The position numbers and the translations under genes were made by a program. A DNA stretch of 64,000 nucleotides from Caulobacter sp. CCUG 60055 (GTDB lineage Bacteria > Pseudomonadota > Alphaproteobacteria > Caulobacterales > Caulobacteraceae): the NCBI RefSeq assembly GCF_022750545.1, contig NZ_PUIC01000005.1, forward strand, positions 440,281-504,280, given 5' to 3'. Position 1 is the first letter of the stretch. Each line of letters starts with the position of its first letter. The notes under the pieces were generated by a model. It worked only from the letters and a program-made list of their open reading frames with translations, ran no database searches and had not been told where the DNA came from. This document shows positions 44,916-55,140 of this stretch, piece after piece.

Positions 44916-46045
44916 TGATTACCGCTCTGGTCAACGGCCGCGTCCTGACCGCGGACGGATTCGTCGAAGGCAAGTCGGTTGTTGTCGAAGGCGGGCGGAT
45001 CGCGGCCGTGGTCGACGGCGTTCCGGCGGCGGACGATCTGCGCGACCTCGGCGGCGGCGTCCTGCTGCCCGGCTTCATCGACACCCAGGTCAACGGCGGC
45101 GCCGGCGTGCTGTTCAACGACGACCCGTCGGTCGAGGCCGTGGCCGCCATCGGCCGCGCCCATCGCCGCTTCGGCACCACCGGCTTCCTGCCCACCCTGA
45201 TCAGCGACGACCAGGCGGTGATCGCCCGCGCCATCGCCGCCGCCGACGAGGCCATCGCCGCCGGCGTGCCCGGCGTGCTGGGCGTGCACATCGAGGGCCC
45301 GTTCATCAGTGAACGGCGCAAGGGCATCCACGACCCGTCGAAGTTCCAGACCCTGGATGAAAGCTGGCTGCCGCTGCTGACCTCGCTCAAGCGCGGCCGC
45401 ACCCTGGTCACCCTGGCGCCCGAGACCATGCGGCTCGACCTGATCGGCCGGCTGCGCCAGGCCGGGGTGATCGTCGCGGCGGGCCACACCAACGCCGGCT
45501 ACGAGACCATGCGGGCCGCCCTCGACGCGGGCGTGACCGGCTTCACCCACCTGTTCAACGCCATGTCGCCGCTGGGCAGCCGCGAGCCGGGCGTGGTCGG
45601 GGCCGCGCTGGAGGACCCGCGCGGCGTCTGCGGGATCATCGTCGACGGCCGCCACGTCCATCCGGCGGCCCTGCGCCTGGCGCTGCGCCTCAAGGGCGAG
45701 GCCGGCCTGATGCTGGTCACCGACGCCATGCCGACCGTCGGCCTCGCGGACAAGACCTTCGAACTGCAGGGCCGGCGCATCGTCGTGCGCGACGGGGTCT
45801 GCGTCGACGAGGCCGGCACCCTGGCCGGCTCCGACCTCGACATGGCCGCCGCCGTGCGCAACAGCATGGCCATGCTGGGCGTTGATCTGGCGAGCGCGGC
45901 GCGCATGGCCAGCCTGTCGCCAGCCCGTTTCCTGGGCCTGGACGGCCAGCTGGGCGTCATCGCGCCCGGATACCGCGCCGATCTCGTGCTCGTCGACGAC
46001 CGCCTCGACGTCCTCGAAACCTGGATCGGCGGAATTCCCGCATAA
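44915..46045 (+). CDS. nagA: N-acetylglucosamine-6-phosphate deacetylase
   Basis: Amidohydrolase motifs (VHIEGPF; HTNA); ATG overlaps the nagB stop. Confidence 0.9.
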   Translation: MITALVNGRVLTADGFVEGKSVVVEGGRIAAVVDGVPAADDLRDLGGGVLLPGFIDTQVNGGAGVLFNDDPSVEAVAAIGRAHRRFGTTGFLPTLISDDQAVIARAIAAADEAIAAGVPGVLGVHIEGPFISERRKGIHDPSKFQTLDESWLPLLTSLKRGRTLVTLAPETMRLDLIGRLRQAGVIVAAGHTNAGYETMRAALDAGVTGFTHLFNAMSPLGSREPGVVGAALEDPRGVCGIIVDGRHVHPAALRLALRLKGEAGLMLVTDAMPTVGLADKTFELQGRRIVVRDGVCVDEAGTLAGSDLDMAAAVRNSMAMLGVDLASAARMASLSPARFLGLDGQLGVIAPGYRADLVLVDDRLDVLETWIGGIPA

Positions 46046-46075
46046 CGGAACAATGACAACGTTGTCATTGTTCCG
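46046..46075. promoter_or_regulatory. Perfect 30-bp palindrome (candidate LacI-type operator) between nagA and zwf
   Basis: CGGAACAATGACAACGTTGTCATTGTTCCG is exactly self-complementary and centred on CG, 24 nt upstream of the zwf start. Confidence 0.5.
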
Positions 46076-46098
46076 GGCCGCCTGTAGAAGCAAGGGCC

Positions 46099-47541
46099 AT
46101 GAAAGCTGACCGCGCCATCGTCATCTTCGGAGCCACCGGCGACCTGTCGCTGCGCATGCTGCTCCCGTCGCTTTACTTCCTGGAGTTGGACGGCCTGCTG
46201 CCCGCCGGCTGGGCCGTGCTGGGCGCCTCGCGGTCGGCGCTGAGCGACGAGGCCTTCGCCGAAAAGACCCTGGCGGCGGTCAAGGCCCGGGCCGACGGCC
46301 ATTTCGACGAGGGGGCCTGGAAACGCTTCCGCGCCCGGCTGTCCTACGTGGCGGTCGACGCCGAGACCCCGGCCTCGTTCGAGGGGCTGAAGGCCGCGCT
46401 CTCGGGCGCGCGGGAGGCGATCTATTACCTGTCGACCTCGCCCAACCTGTTCGAGCCGATCTGCGCCAACCTGCAGGCGGCGGGCCTGGCCCACGACAAC
46501 AGCCGCATCGTCGTCGAAAAGCCGATGGGCCACGACCTCGCCTCCTGCCGCGAGATCAACGACGTGCTGGGCACGGCCTTCGACGAGAGCCGCATCTTCC
46601 GCATCGACCACTATCTCGGCAAGGAGGCGGTGCAGAACCTCATCGCCCTGCGCTTCGCCAACGCCTTCTTCGAGCCGCTCTGGGACCACGTCTCGATCGA
46701 GCAGGTGCAGATCACCGTCGCCGAGACCGTCGGCGTCGAGGGCCGCTGGTCCTATTACGACGACTACGGCGCCATCCGCGACATGGTGCAGAACCACATC
46801 CTGCAGCTGCTGTGCCTGGTGGCGATGGAGCCGCCGGCGCACCTGGACGCCGATTCCGTGCGCAACGAGAAGGTCAAGGTCCTGCGCTCGCTGCGGCCGC
46901 TGTCGGGCCGGGACGTCTGGAACAAGACCGCCCGCGGCCAGTACGGCAAAGGGGTGGCCGACGGCCGCACCGCCATCGGCTACGCCGACGAGACCGGCGG
47001 CGGCGAGAGCGACACCGAGACCTTCGTGGCCATCCGCGCCGACATCGACAACTGGCGCTGGGCCGGCGTGCCCTTCTATCTGCGCACCGGCAAGCGCCTG
47101 CCGGAGCGGTCGTCCGAGATCATGATCCAGTTCCGGGCCGTGCCGCACTCGATCTTCTCGGGCCAGGACCTGCGCGCCAACCGCCTGACCATCCGCCTGC
47201 AGCCGGAAGAAGAGATCTCGCTGTCGCTGATGAACAAGACGCCCAGCATCGAGGGGGTCGAGCTCAAGCCCGTCAGCCTCAACCTGTCGCTGGACGACGC
47301 CTTCAAGCAGGGGCGGCGGCGCATCGCCTACGAGCGGCTGCTGCTGGAGGCGATCAAGAACAACACCACCCTTTTCGTCCGCCGCGACGAGCAGGAGGCG
47401 GCCTGGATCTGGGTCGACGGGATCGTCGACGGCTGGAAGCGGCAGGGCATGGCCCCCTCGGCCTATCCGGCCGGGGCCTGGGGCCCGTCGGCCGCCTACG
47501 CCCTGATCGAGCGCGACGGCCACAGCTGGGACGACCGATGA
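46099..47541 (+). CDS. zwf: Glucose-6-phosphate 1-dehydrogenase
   Basis: GATGDLS NADP-binding motif and RIDHYLGKE signature. Confidence 0.95.
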   Translation: MKADRAIVIFGATGDLSLRMLLPSLYFLELDGLLPAGWAVLGASRSALSDEAFAEKTLAAVKARADGHFDEGAWKRFRARLSYVAVDAETPASFEGLKAALSGAREAIYYLSTSPNLFEPICANLQAAGLAHDNSRIVVEKPMGHDLASCREINDVLGTAFDESRIFRIDHYLGKEAVQNLIALRFANAFFEPLWDHVSIEQVQITVAETVGVEGRWSYYDDYGAIRDMVQNHILQLLCLVAMEPPAHLDADSVRNEKVKVLRSLRPLSGRDVWNKTARGQYGKGVADGRTAIGYADETGGGESDTETFVAIRADIDNWRWAGVPFYLRTGKRLPERSSEIMIQFRAVPHSIFSGQDLRANRLTIRLQPEEEISLSLMNKTPSIEGVELKPVSLNLSLDDAFKQGRRRIAYERLLLEAIKNNTTLFVRRDEQEAAWIWVDGIVDGWKRQGMAPSAYPAGAWGPSAAYALIERDGHSWDDR

Positions 47542-48242
47542 ACCCGACCGAACGCCTGTTCCCCGACGCCGAGGCCATGACCGAGGCCCTGGCCGCCGAG
47601 ATCGCCGGGGCGCTGTCGGCCGGGCTCGGCGCACGCGGCCGGGCCGGCTTCGTCGCCACCGGCGGCACGACGCCGGGCGGCCTCTACGACCGCCTGCGCC
47701 AGGCCGACCTGGCCTGGGACCGCGTCCAGGTCACCCTGTCGGACGAGCGCTGGGCCCCGACGGCCAGCGGCGCCAGCAACGAGGGCCTGCTGCGCGAGCG
47801 CCTGCTGCAGGGACGGGCGGCGGCGGCGGCGCTGGTCCCGCTCAAGACCGCCGCCCCGACCCCCGAGGCCGCCGTGGCCGAGGTCGACGCCGCCGTGGCG
47901 GCCATAGCCCGCCCCTTCGACGTCGTGCTGCTGGGCATGGGGGCGGACGGCCACGTCGCCTCGCTGTTCCCGCACAATCCGGTCCTGCCGCGCGCCCTCG
48001 ACCCGGACGGCGAGGCGTTCGCCTGCGCGGCCGAGGTCGCCCAGGCGGCCGGCGCCTCGGCGCGGATGTCGCTGACGCTGCGCGCCCTGCTGGACACGCG
48101 GCGCATCGCCATATTGGTCAAGGGCCAGGACAAGCTCGACGCCTGGCGGCGGGCCCTGGCCGGCGACGATCAGGCCGAAATGCCGGTGCGGGCGCTGCTG
48201 CGCCAGGACCGCGCGCCCGTCGCGTTCTTCTGGGCGCCCTGA
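47538..48242 (+). CDS. pgl: 6-phosphogluconolactonase
   Basis: DevB/Pgl family (SDERW; GMGADGHVASLFP); ATG overlaps the zwf stop (ATGA). Confidence 0.85.
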   Translation: MNPTERLFPDAEAMTEALAAEIAGALSAGLGARGRAGFVATGGTTPGGLYDRLRQADLAWDRVQVTLSDERWAPTASGASNEGLLRERLLQGRAAAAALVPLKTAAPTPEAAVAEVDAAVAAIARPFDVVLLGMGADGHVASLFPHNPVLPRALDPDGEAFACAAEVAQAAGASARMSLTLRALLDTRRIAILVKGQDKLDAWRRALAGDDQAEMPVRALLRQDRAPVAFFWAP

Positions 48243-48272
48243 TCCGCGCCCGGCCGTTTAGGAGAGACCCGC

Positions 48273-50078
<1,806 letters not shown>

Positions 50079-50089
50079 AAGGCCAAGCC

Positions 50090-50731
50090 ATGAGCCGCGA
50101 CATTGAACACGTCATGCGCCTGTCGCCGGTGATACCGGTGCTGGTGATCGACAAGGTCCAGGACGCGGTCCCGATGGCCCGGGCGCTGGCGGCCGGCGGC
50201 CTGCTGGCGCTGGAGGTGACCCTGCGCACCCCGGCCGCCCTCGAGGTCATCAAGGCCATGGCCAAGGTCGAGAACGTCGTGGTCGGCGCCGGCACCGTCC
50301 TCGGCCCGGGCCATCTGTCCGACGCCGTGGCCGCCGGCGCGCGGTTCGTCGTCAGTCCGGGGCTGACCGAGCCGCTGGCCAAGGCCGCCGCCAAGGCCGG
50401 CGTCCCGCTGCTGCCCGGCGTCGCCACCGCCTCGGACGTCATGCGCGGCCTCGACCTCGGCCTGACCCACTTCAAGTTCTTCCCCGCCTCGGTCAGCGGC
50501 GGGGCGGCGGCGGTCAAGGCCTTCGGCGGACCGTTCGGCGACGTGCGCTTCTGCCCGACCGGCGGGATCACCGAGGCCAATGCGCCGGATTATCTGGGCC
50601 TCGCCAACGTTCTGTGCGTCGGCGGCAGCTGGATCACGCCGCCGGACGCCGTGGCGGCGGGCGACTGGGCCCGGATCGAGGCGCTGGCCCGCGGCGCCGC
50701 GGCGCTGGGCCGGGCGGGCCGGAACGCCTGA
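50090..50731 (+). CDS. eda: KDPG/KHG aldolase
   Basis: 213-aa Eda-family protein directly after edd. Confidence 0.85.
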   Translation: MSRDIEHVMRLSPVIPVLVIDKVQDAVPMARALAAGGLLALEVTLRTPAALEVIKAMAKVENVVVGAGTVLGPGHLSDAVAAGARFVVSPGLTEPLAKAAAKAGVPLLPGVATASDVMRGLDLGLTHFKFFPASVSGGAAAVKAFGGPFGDVRFCPTGGITEANAPDYLGLANVLCVGGSWITPPDAVAAGDWARIEALARGAAALGRAGRNA

Positions 50732-50739
50732 GCCGCGCC

Positions 50740-52683
50740 TCAGGCCGCTTCTTCCTCCGGCGCCGGCTGGCCGGCGCTCAAGGCCCGCTCCAGCGCCTCG
50801 TGCAGGCTGGCCAGCTCGATCGGCTTGGCGACGTGAGCGTCCATCCCGGCCTCCAGATATTCCTTGACCTGGTGGGTCATGGCGTTGGCCGAGACCGCCA
50901 CGATCGGCGTGCGCGCCCGCCCCGCCGCCAGTTCGGCCGCCCGGATGGCCCGCGTGGCGGCCAGCCCGTCCATCTCGGGCATCTGGATGTCCATCAGGAT
51001 CACGTCGAAGTCGCCCAGGCCCCAGGCCTCGACCGCGGCGCGCCCGTCGGCGACCATCACCAGCTCGACGCCGAAAGTCTGCAGCACCGTGCTCAGCACC
51101 AGCTGGTTGGTGGCGTTGTCCTCGGCGGCCAGGACGCGGAGCGCCGAGGGCTCGACCGGCGCCGGGGTCCCCGTCGGGGTCGGAACGCGCTGGACCGCGG
51201 GGGCGGCGACCGGTTCGGCCGGTTCGGCCTCGGCGCCGATGCGCCTCAGCGGCAGCTCGACGGTGAAGGTCGAGCCCCGGCCCTCCTGGCTCTCGACGGC
51301 GATCGAGCCGCCCATCAGGTGGGCCAGCTCGCGGCAGATCGCCAGGCCCAGGCCCGTGCCGCCGAAGCGGCGGGTGGTCGAGGAATCGGCCTGGGTGAAC
51401 TTCTGGAACAGGAACGGCTGCTTCTCCAGCGGCACGCCGACGCCGGTGTCGGCCACCACGATGCGCAGGCCCGCCTCGCCGTCCGGCTCCAGGCCTTCCA
51501 GGCGGACGGCGACCTCGCCGTGCGCGGTGAACTTCAGCGCGTTGGAGATCAGGTTGTTGAGAATCTGCGACAGCCGCGCCGCGTCGCCGACCCGGCGGCC
51601 GGCCGCGCCCGCGGCGATCTCCAGCCGGAAATCCAGTCCCTTGGCCTCGGCCAGCGGCGAGAAGCCGGCGTGAACCGTGCGGGCCAGGTCGGCGGTGTCG
51701 AACCCGGCCAGCTCGAGCTCCATCTTGCCGGCCTCGATCTTGGACAGGTCGAGCAGGTCGTTGAGGATGGCCAGCAGCGCCTCGCCCGAATGGCGGATGA
51801 CGTCCAGCCGCTCCTGCTGGATCGACGACAGCTCGCCCATGGCCATGATCTGGGCCATGGCCAGCACGCCGTTGAGGGGCGTGCGGATCTCGTGGCTCAT
51901 ATTGGCCAGGAAATGCGACTTCAGCACATTGGCCGCCTCGGCGGCGTCGCGGGCCTGGACCAGCTGCTCCATGGCCGCGCGCAGGTCGCGGTCGTTGGCG
52001 TCCAGCCGCGCCAGGAGGTCGTTGAAGCTGTCGGTCAGCCGGCCGATCTCGTCGTCGGCGTCGACCTCGACGCTGCGGTCGTAGCGGCCGTGCTCGGTGA
52101 CCGCCTGCATGGCCCGGGACAGCCGCTCCACCGGCTCGATCGCCCGCGCCGCCAGCCACTGCCCCATCAGCAGCGCCAGGCCGGTCGCGGCGAAGAACAG
52201 CGCCCCGCCCACCGCGAGATAGCGCGGGAACAGCGAGGCCAGGCGCACGTCGTAGGCCCGAAGCACCACCTCGCCGACCTTCTCGCCACGCACCATGACC
52301 GGCGCGCGGACCACGCCCAGGCGCGCGCCGCCGGCCGGCTCGGGATCGTTCGACCGCGCGAACCGGGCCAGGATGCGGCCCTGGGAATCGACGAATTCGG
52401 CCTCGGCCGAGCGCGAACTGCCCCGCAGCGTGTCGAGCAGGACCTGGACCTTGCCGGGCTGACCGGCGGACAGGGCGTCGGCGGCGTTGGCGGCGACGAC
52501 GCCGGCCAGGGTGGCCTCCTCGCGCGCGAGCATCTCCTGCTCGGCCCGCCATTGGGCGAGGACGAAAACGAGGCTGGCGGCGGCCAGCACCGCCACGGCG
52601 GTCAACAACGCGACGCCGGCTATCCTGCCTTGAAAGGATAGTCCGCTCCGTCTTGGCCTGATCTGCGGATGTCGCGCCGTCAT
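50740..52683 (-). CDS. Hybrid sensor histidine kinase/response regulator
   Basis: N-terminal TM, HAMP, HisKA H-box (SHEIRTPLN), HATPase (GTGLGLAI) and a C-terminal REC domain ([12 protein letters not shown]). Confidence 0.85.
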   Translation of the reverse strand: MTARHPQIRPRRSGLSFQGRIAGVALLTAVAVLAAASLVFVLAQWRAEQEMLAREEATLAGVVAANAADALSAGQPGKVQVLLDTLRGSSRSAEAEFVDSQGRILARFARSNDPEPAGGARLGVVRAPVMVRGEKVGEVVLRAYDVRLASLFPRYLAVGGALFFAATGLALLMGQWLAARAIEPVERLSRAMQAVTEHGRYDRSVEVDADDEIGRLTDSFNDLLARLDANDRDLRAAMEQLVQARDAAEAANVLKSHFLANMSHEIRTPLNGVLAMAQIMAMGELSSIQQERLDVIRHSGEALLAILNDLLDLSKIEAGKMELELAGFDTADLARTVHAGFSPLAEAKGLDFRLEIAAGAAGRRVGDAARLSQILNNLISNALKFTAHGEVAVRLEGLEPDGEAGLRIVVADTGVGVPLEKQPFLFQKFTQADSSTTRRFGGTGLGLAICRELAHLMGGSIAVESQEGRGSTFTVELPLRRIGAEAEPAEPVAAPAVQRVPTPTGTPAPVEPSALRVLAAEDNATNQLVLSTVLQTFGVELVMVADGRAAVEAWGLGDFDVILMDIQMPEMDGLAATRAIRAAELAAGRARTPIVAVSANAMTHQVKEYLEAGMDAHVAKPIELASLHEALERALSAGQPAPEEEAA

Positions 52684-52988
52684 GCCTCTTCGCCGTTGGC
52701 GCCCGAGGGCGCGTGATCGGGGGGCCCGAGGACGCGTGATCGGGCTGTTTCATCCCTCTGGAGCACAAGCCTAGAGCGGATTGCCTAACGCTTTACTTCG
52801 CCGACGCATGTTTCGATCCAAAACGTCAACAACCATAATGACTTGTTCACCAAGTCCGCGCCGACGCCCCTGTCGAAACCGCGATTTCTCCAGAACAACC
52901 GGAGGGAAAACATGGTTAACAATTCCTTTTTAGATGGCGAAGGCGTTAGCTTTCTGTTTACCTTACCGCGGTCCTGAACCCATGGAGG

Positions 52989-53330
52989 ATGACGGTGGAC
53001 AAGACGCACGTTGCTCAAGGTGTTGCGAACCAGCTGTGGACGGCTGAGAACGCCGTGGACGCCGCTATGGTCGAAGCGTCCAAGCTGATGACGGATCTGA
53101 TGCAGGCGCGCCAAGAACTGCGCCTCTCCGCCGTGGTGGCCGACCCGGCCTACGCCAAGATCGCCGAAGCGATCTCGGCCCTCTCGACCGCGCGCACCGC
53201 GATGGTCGACGCCCACAACGAGCTGGCCGAAGCCAAGCTCCGCGTCGGCATCCGCACCAAGCTGATCGGCATCTGGGGCAAGGACGCCGACCAGGCGCTC
53301 TACACGCCCGAAATGAAGCGCGCGGTCTAA
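52989..53330 (+). CDS. Hypothetical all-helical protein (113 aa)
   Basis: ATG 52989 preceded by a GGAGG SD and followed by a strong intrinsic terminator. No recognisable family; local GC is lower than surrounding sequence. Confidence 0.5.
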   Translation: MTVDKTHVAQGVANQLWTAENAVDAAMVEASKLMTDLMQARQELRLSAVVADPAYAKIAEAISALSTARTAMVDAHNELAEAKLRVGIRTKLIGIWGKDADQALYTPEMKRAV

Positions 53331-53375
53331 AACCCCGCTTTCAGATTCCGGAAGATTTAACCGGAATGTGATATT

Positions 53376-53410
53376 CGCGCCCCTGACGACCTCAGGGGCG
53401 CGTTTTTGTT
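53376..53410 (+). terminator. Rho-independent terminator downstream of the 113-aa gene
   Basis: 11-bp perfect stem CGCGCCCCTGA/TCAGGGGCGCG, 5-nt loop, then a TTTTTGTTT tract. Confidence 0.7.
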
Positions 53411-53867
53411 TACAACCATTCTTGGTTTCCTTGGGCTGATCCCGTTAATCGCCGTGGTCGCCTTCGCCATATGGCGCGGCGGGCCAGCGGAGCGCGGCGG
53501 CGCGATCATGGTCGCGATCGCCTGGCTGGGCGCGGGCCTGGCCAACGCGCTGGTCCCCCATGTCGCCCTGATCTACGTGCTGTTGACGGCCGACACCCTG
53601 CTCGCCGTCGGCTTCCTGGTGCTGGCCATCCGCTACAGCAGCCGCTGGCTGGCCGTGGCCATGCTGCTCCAGGGCGCCTCGCTCGGGTTCCAGGCCATCC
53701 GCCTGATGGGATCGGACCCGCGCATCTCGCACCACAACGACGGCTTCCTCATCGCCATCAACCTGCTCAGCATCGGCATATTGCTGACCCTGCTGGGCGG
53801 CGCCGTCGCGGCGTGGCGGCGACGCCGGCGCACGCTCGCCGCCGCCCGCGACGCGACCGCGCCCTAG
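53406..53867 (+). CDS. Hypothetical four-TM membrane protein
   Basis: Four strongly hydrophobic helices. The ORF-track TTG start at 53406 lies inside the terminator T-tract, so the true start is uncertain (GTG 53457 or ATG 53508 are alternatives). Confidence 0.45.
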   Translation: MFTTILGFLGLIPLIAVVAFAIWRGGPAERGGAIMVAIAWLGAGLANALVPHVALIYVLLTADTLLAVGFLVLAIRYSSRWLAVAMLLQGASLGFQAIRLMGSDPRISHHNDGFLIAINLLSIGILLTLLGGAVAAWRRRRRTLAAARDATAP

Positions 53868-53916
53868 CCGCCGCGCGCCAACCGCCGCGCGGAGGGCCCG
53901 CCTTGGCGGTCCCCGC

Positions 53917-54900
53917 CTAGTGAGGCTGGCAATGGTGCTCGTCGCGCGCCCGCTCGATCTGCAAGGTGGCGTGGCCGACGCCGAACTCGTCGCGCAGCAC
54001 CCCCAGCACCTCCTGACGATAGGCCTCGTCGTCGGCCCCGTCCGGGCGGACGATGTGGACGGTCAGGGCGGTCTTCGTGGTGCTCATCGCCCAGACGTGC
54101 AGGTCGTGGACCTCGACCACGCCGTCGCCGCCTTCGAGATAGGTCTGCAGGCGCTTGAGGTCGACGCCGGCCGGCGCCGCGTCCAGGGCGAGATTGACCG
54201 ACTCGCGCAACAGCCCCCAGGTGCCGATGAAGATGATGGCGACGATGACCAGGCTGGTCGCCGGATCGACCCAGTCCCACCCGGTCAAGGCGATGACCAG
54301 GCCGGCGACGATGACGCCGGCCGACACCGCCGCGTCCGCGGCCATGTGCAGGAAGGCGCCGCGGATGTTGACGTCGTTCTTGCGGCCGGCGACGAACATC
54401 AGGGCGGTGGCGGTGTTGACCACCACCCCGGCCGCCGCGACGGCCATGACCAGGCCCGGCTTGATCGCCTCGGGCTCGCCGAACCGGCGCACGGCCTCCC
54501 AGACGATGCCGCCGCAGGCGAAGATCAGGAACAGGGCGTTGGCCAGGGCGGCCAGGACGGTGGCCTTGGCGTAGCCGTAGGTGCGCCGTCCGCCGGCCGG
54601 CCGCCGCGCCAGCCACGCGGCCCCGCCGGCCAGGGCCAGGCCCAGCACGTCCGACAGATTGTGGCCGGCGTCGGCGAGCAGCGCCGTCGAGTGCGCGATC
54701 AGCCCGGCGATGGCCTCGACGACCACGAAGGCGAGGTTGAGCCCGACGCCGAGCGCATAACGCCAGTCGTCGGGCGGCGCGTGGCTGTGGCCATGCCCGT
54801 GGCCGTGACCATGCCCGTGCGAATGACCGTGGCCGTGGCCATGGCCATGGTGGTGATCGTGACCATGGTCGTCGTGATCGTGGCTGTGCGCTTTGGCCAT
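53917..54900 (-). CDS. czcD: Cation diffusion facilitator (CzcD/ZitB-type) transporter with His-rich N-terminal tail
   Basis: CDF six-TM core with a C-terminal cytoplasmic domain; His-rich tail starting at MAKAHSHDHDDHGHDHHHGHGHGHGHSHGHGHGHGHGHSH (ATG 54900). Confidence 0.85.
   Translation of the reverse strand: MAKAHSHDHDDHGHDHHHGHGHGHGHSHGHGHGHGHGHSHAPPDDWRYALGVGLNLAFVVVEAIAGLIAHSTALLADAGHNLSDVLGLALAGGAAWLARRPAGGRRTYGYAKATVLAALANALFLIFACGGIVWEAVRRFGEPEAIKPGLVMAVAAAGVVVNTATALMFVAGRKNDVNIRGAFLHMAADAAVSAGVIVAGLVIALTGWDWVDPATSLVIVAIIFIGTWGLLRESVNLALDAAPAGVDLKRLQTYLEGGDGVVEVHDLHVWAMSTTKTALTVHIVRPDGADDEAYRQEVLGVLRDEFGVGHATLQIERARDEHHCQPH
54781..54888 (-). repeat. Intragenic (His-Gly/His-Asp codon) low-complexity tandem repeat inside czcD
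   Basis: Repetitive CATGGCCACGG/GTGACCATGG-type DNA encoding the HGHGHGHS tract. Confidence 0.5.
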
Positions 54901-55140
54901 GCGGCGGCGATCCCGTCTGGAACGGGCCGACGCGGTCCCGCAGCCGGCCGGCCCCAGCCTATAGGCGGGCGCCGGCCGGCCGCCAAGCCGGAACACGCGC
55001 GGCGGCCCGCGCGTTGGCCTGGAACGGGGCGAGGCGCCGACAGGGAACGAGATGGACGCTGATCTTCCTCGCCGCGGCTGTCATCATCGTGGCGGCAGTC
55101 GTCGCCAAGGCGGTTACCGACCGCCGCGGCTTCTGGCAGA

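Noticed and set aside
54781-54888. Short tandem DNA repeats that could be mistaken for a CRISPR or minisatellite
   Set aside because: They lie inside the czcD reading frame and encode the His-rich tail. There are no spacer-repeat units of CRISPR size and no cas genes in the window.
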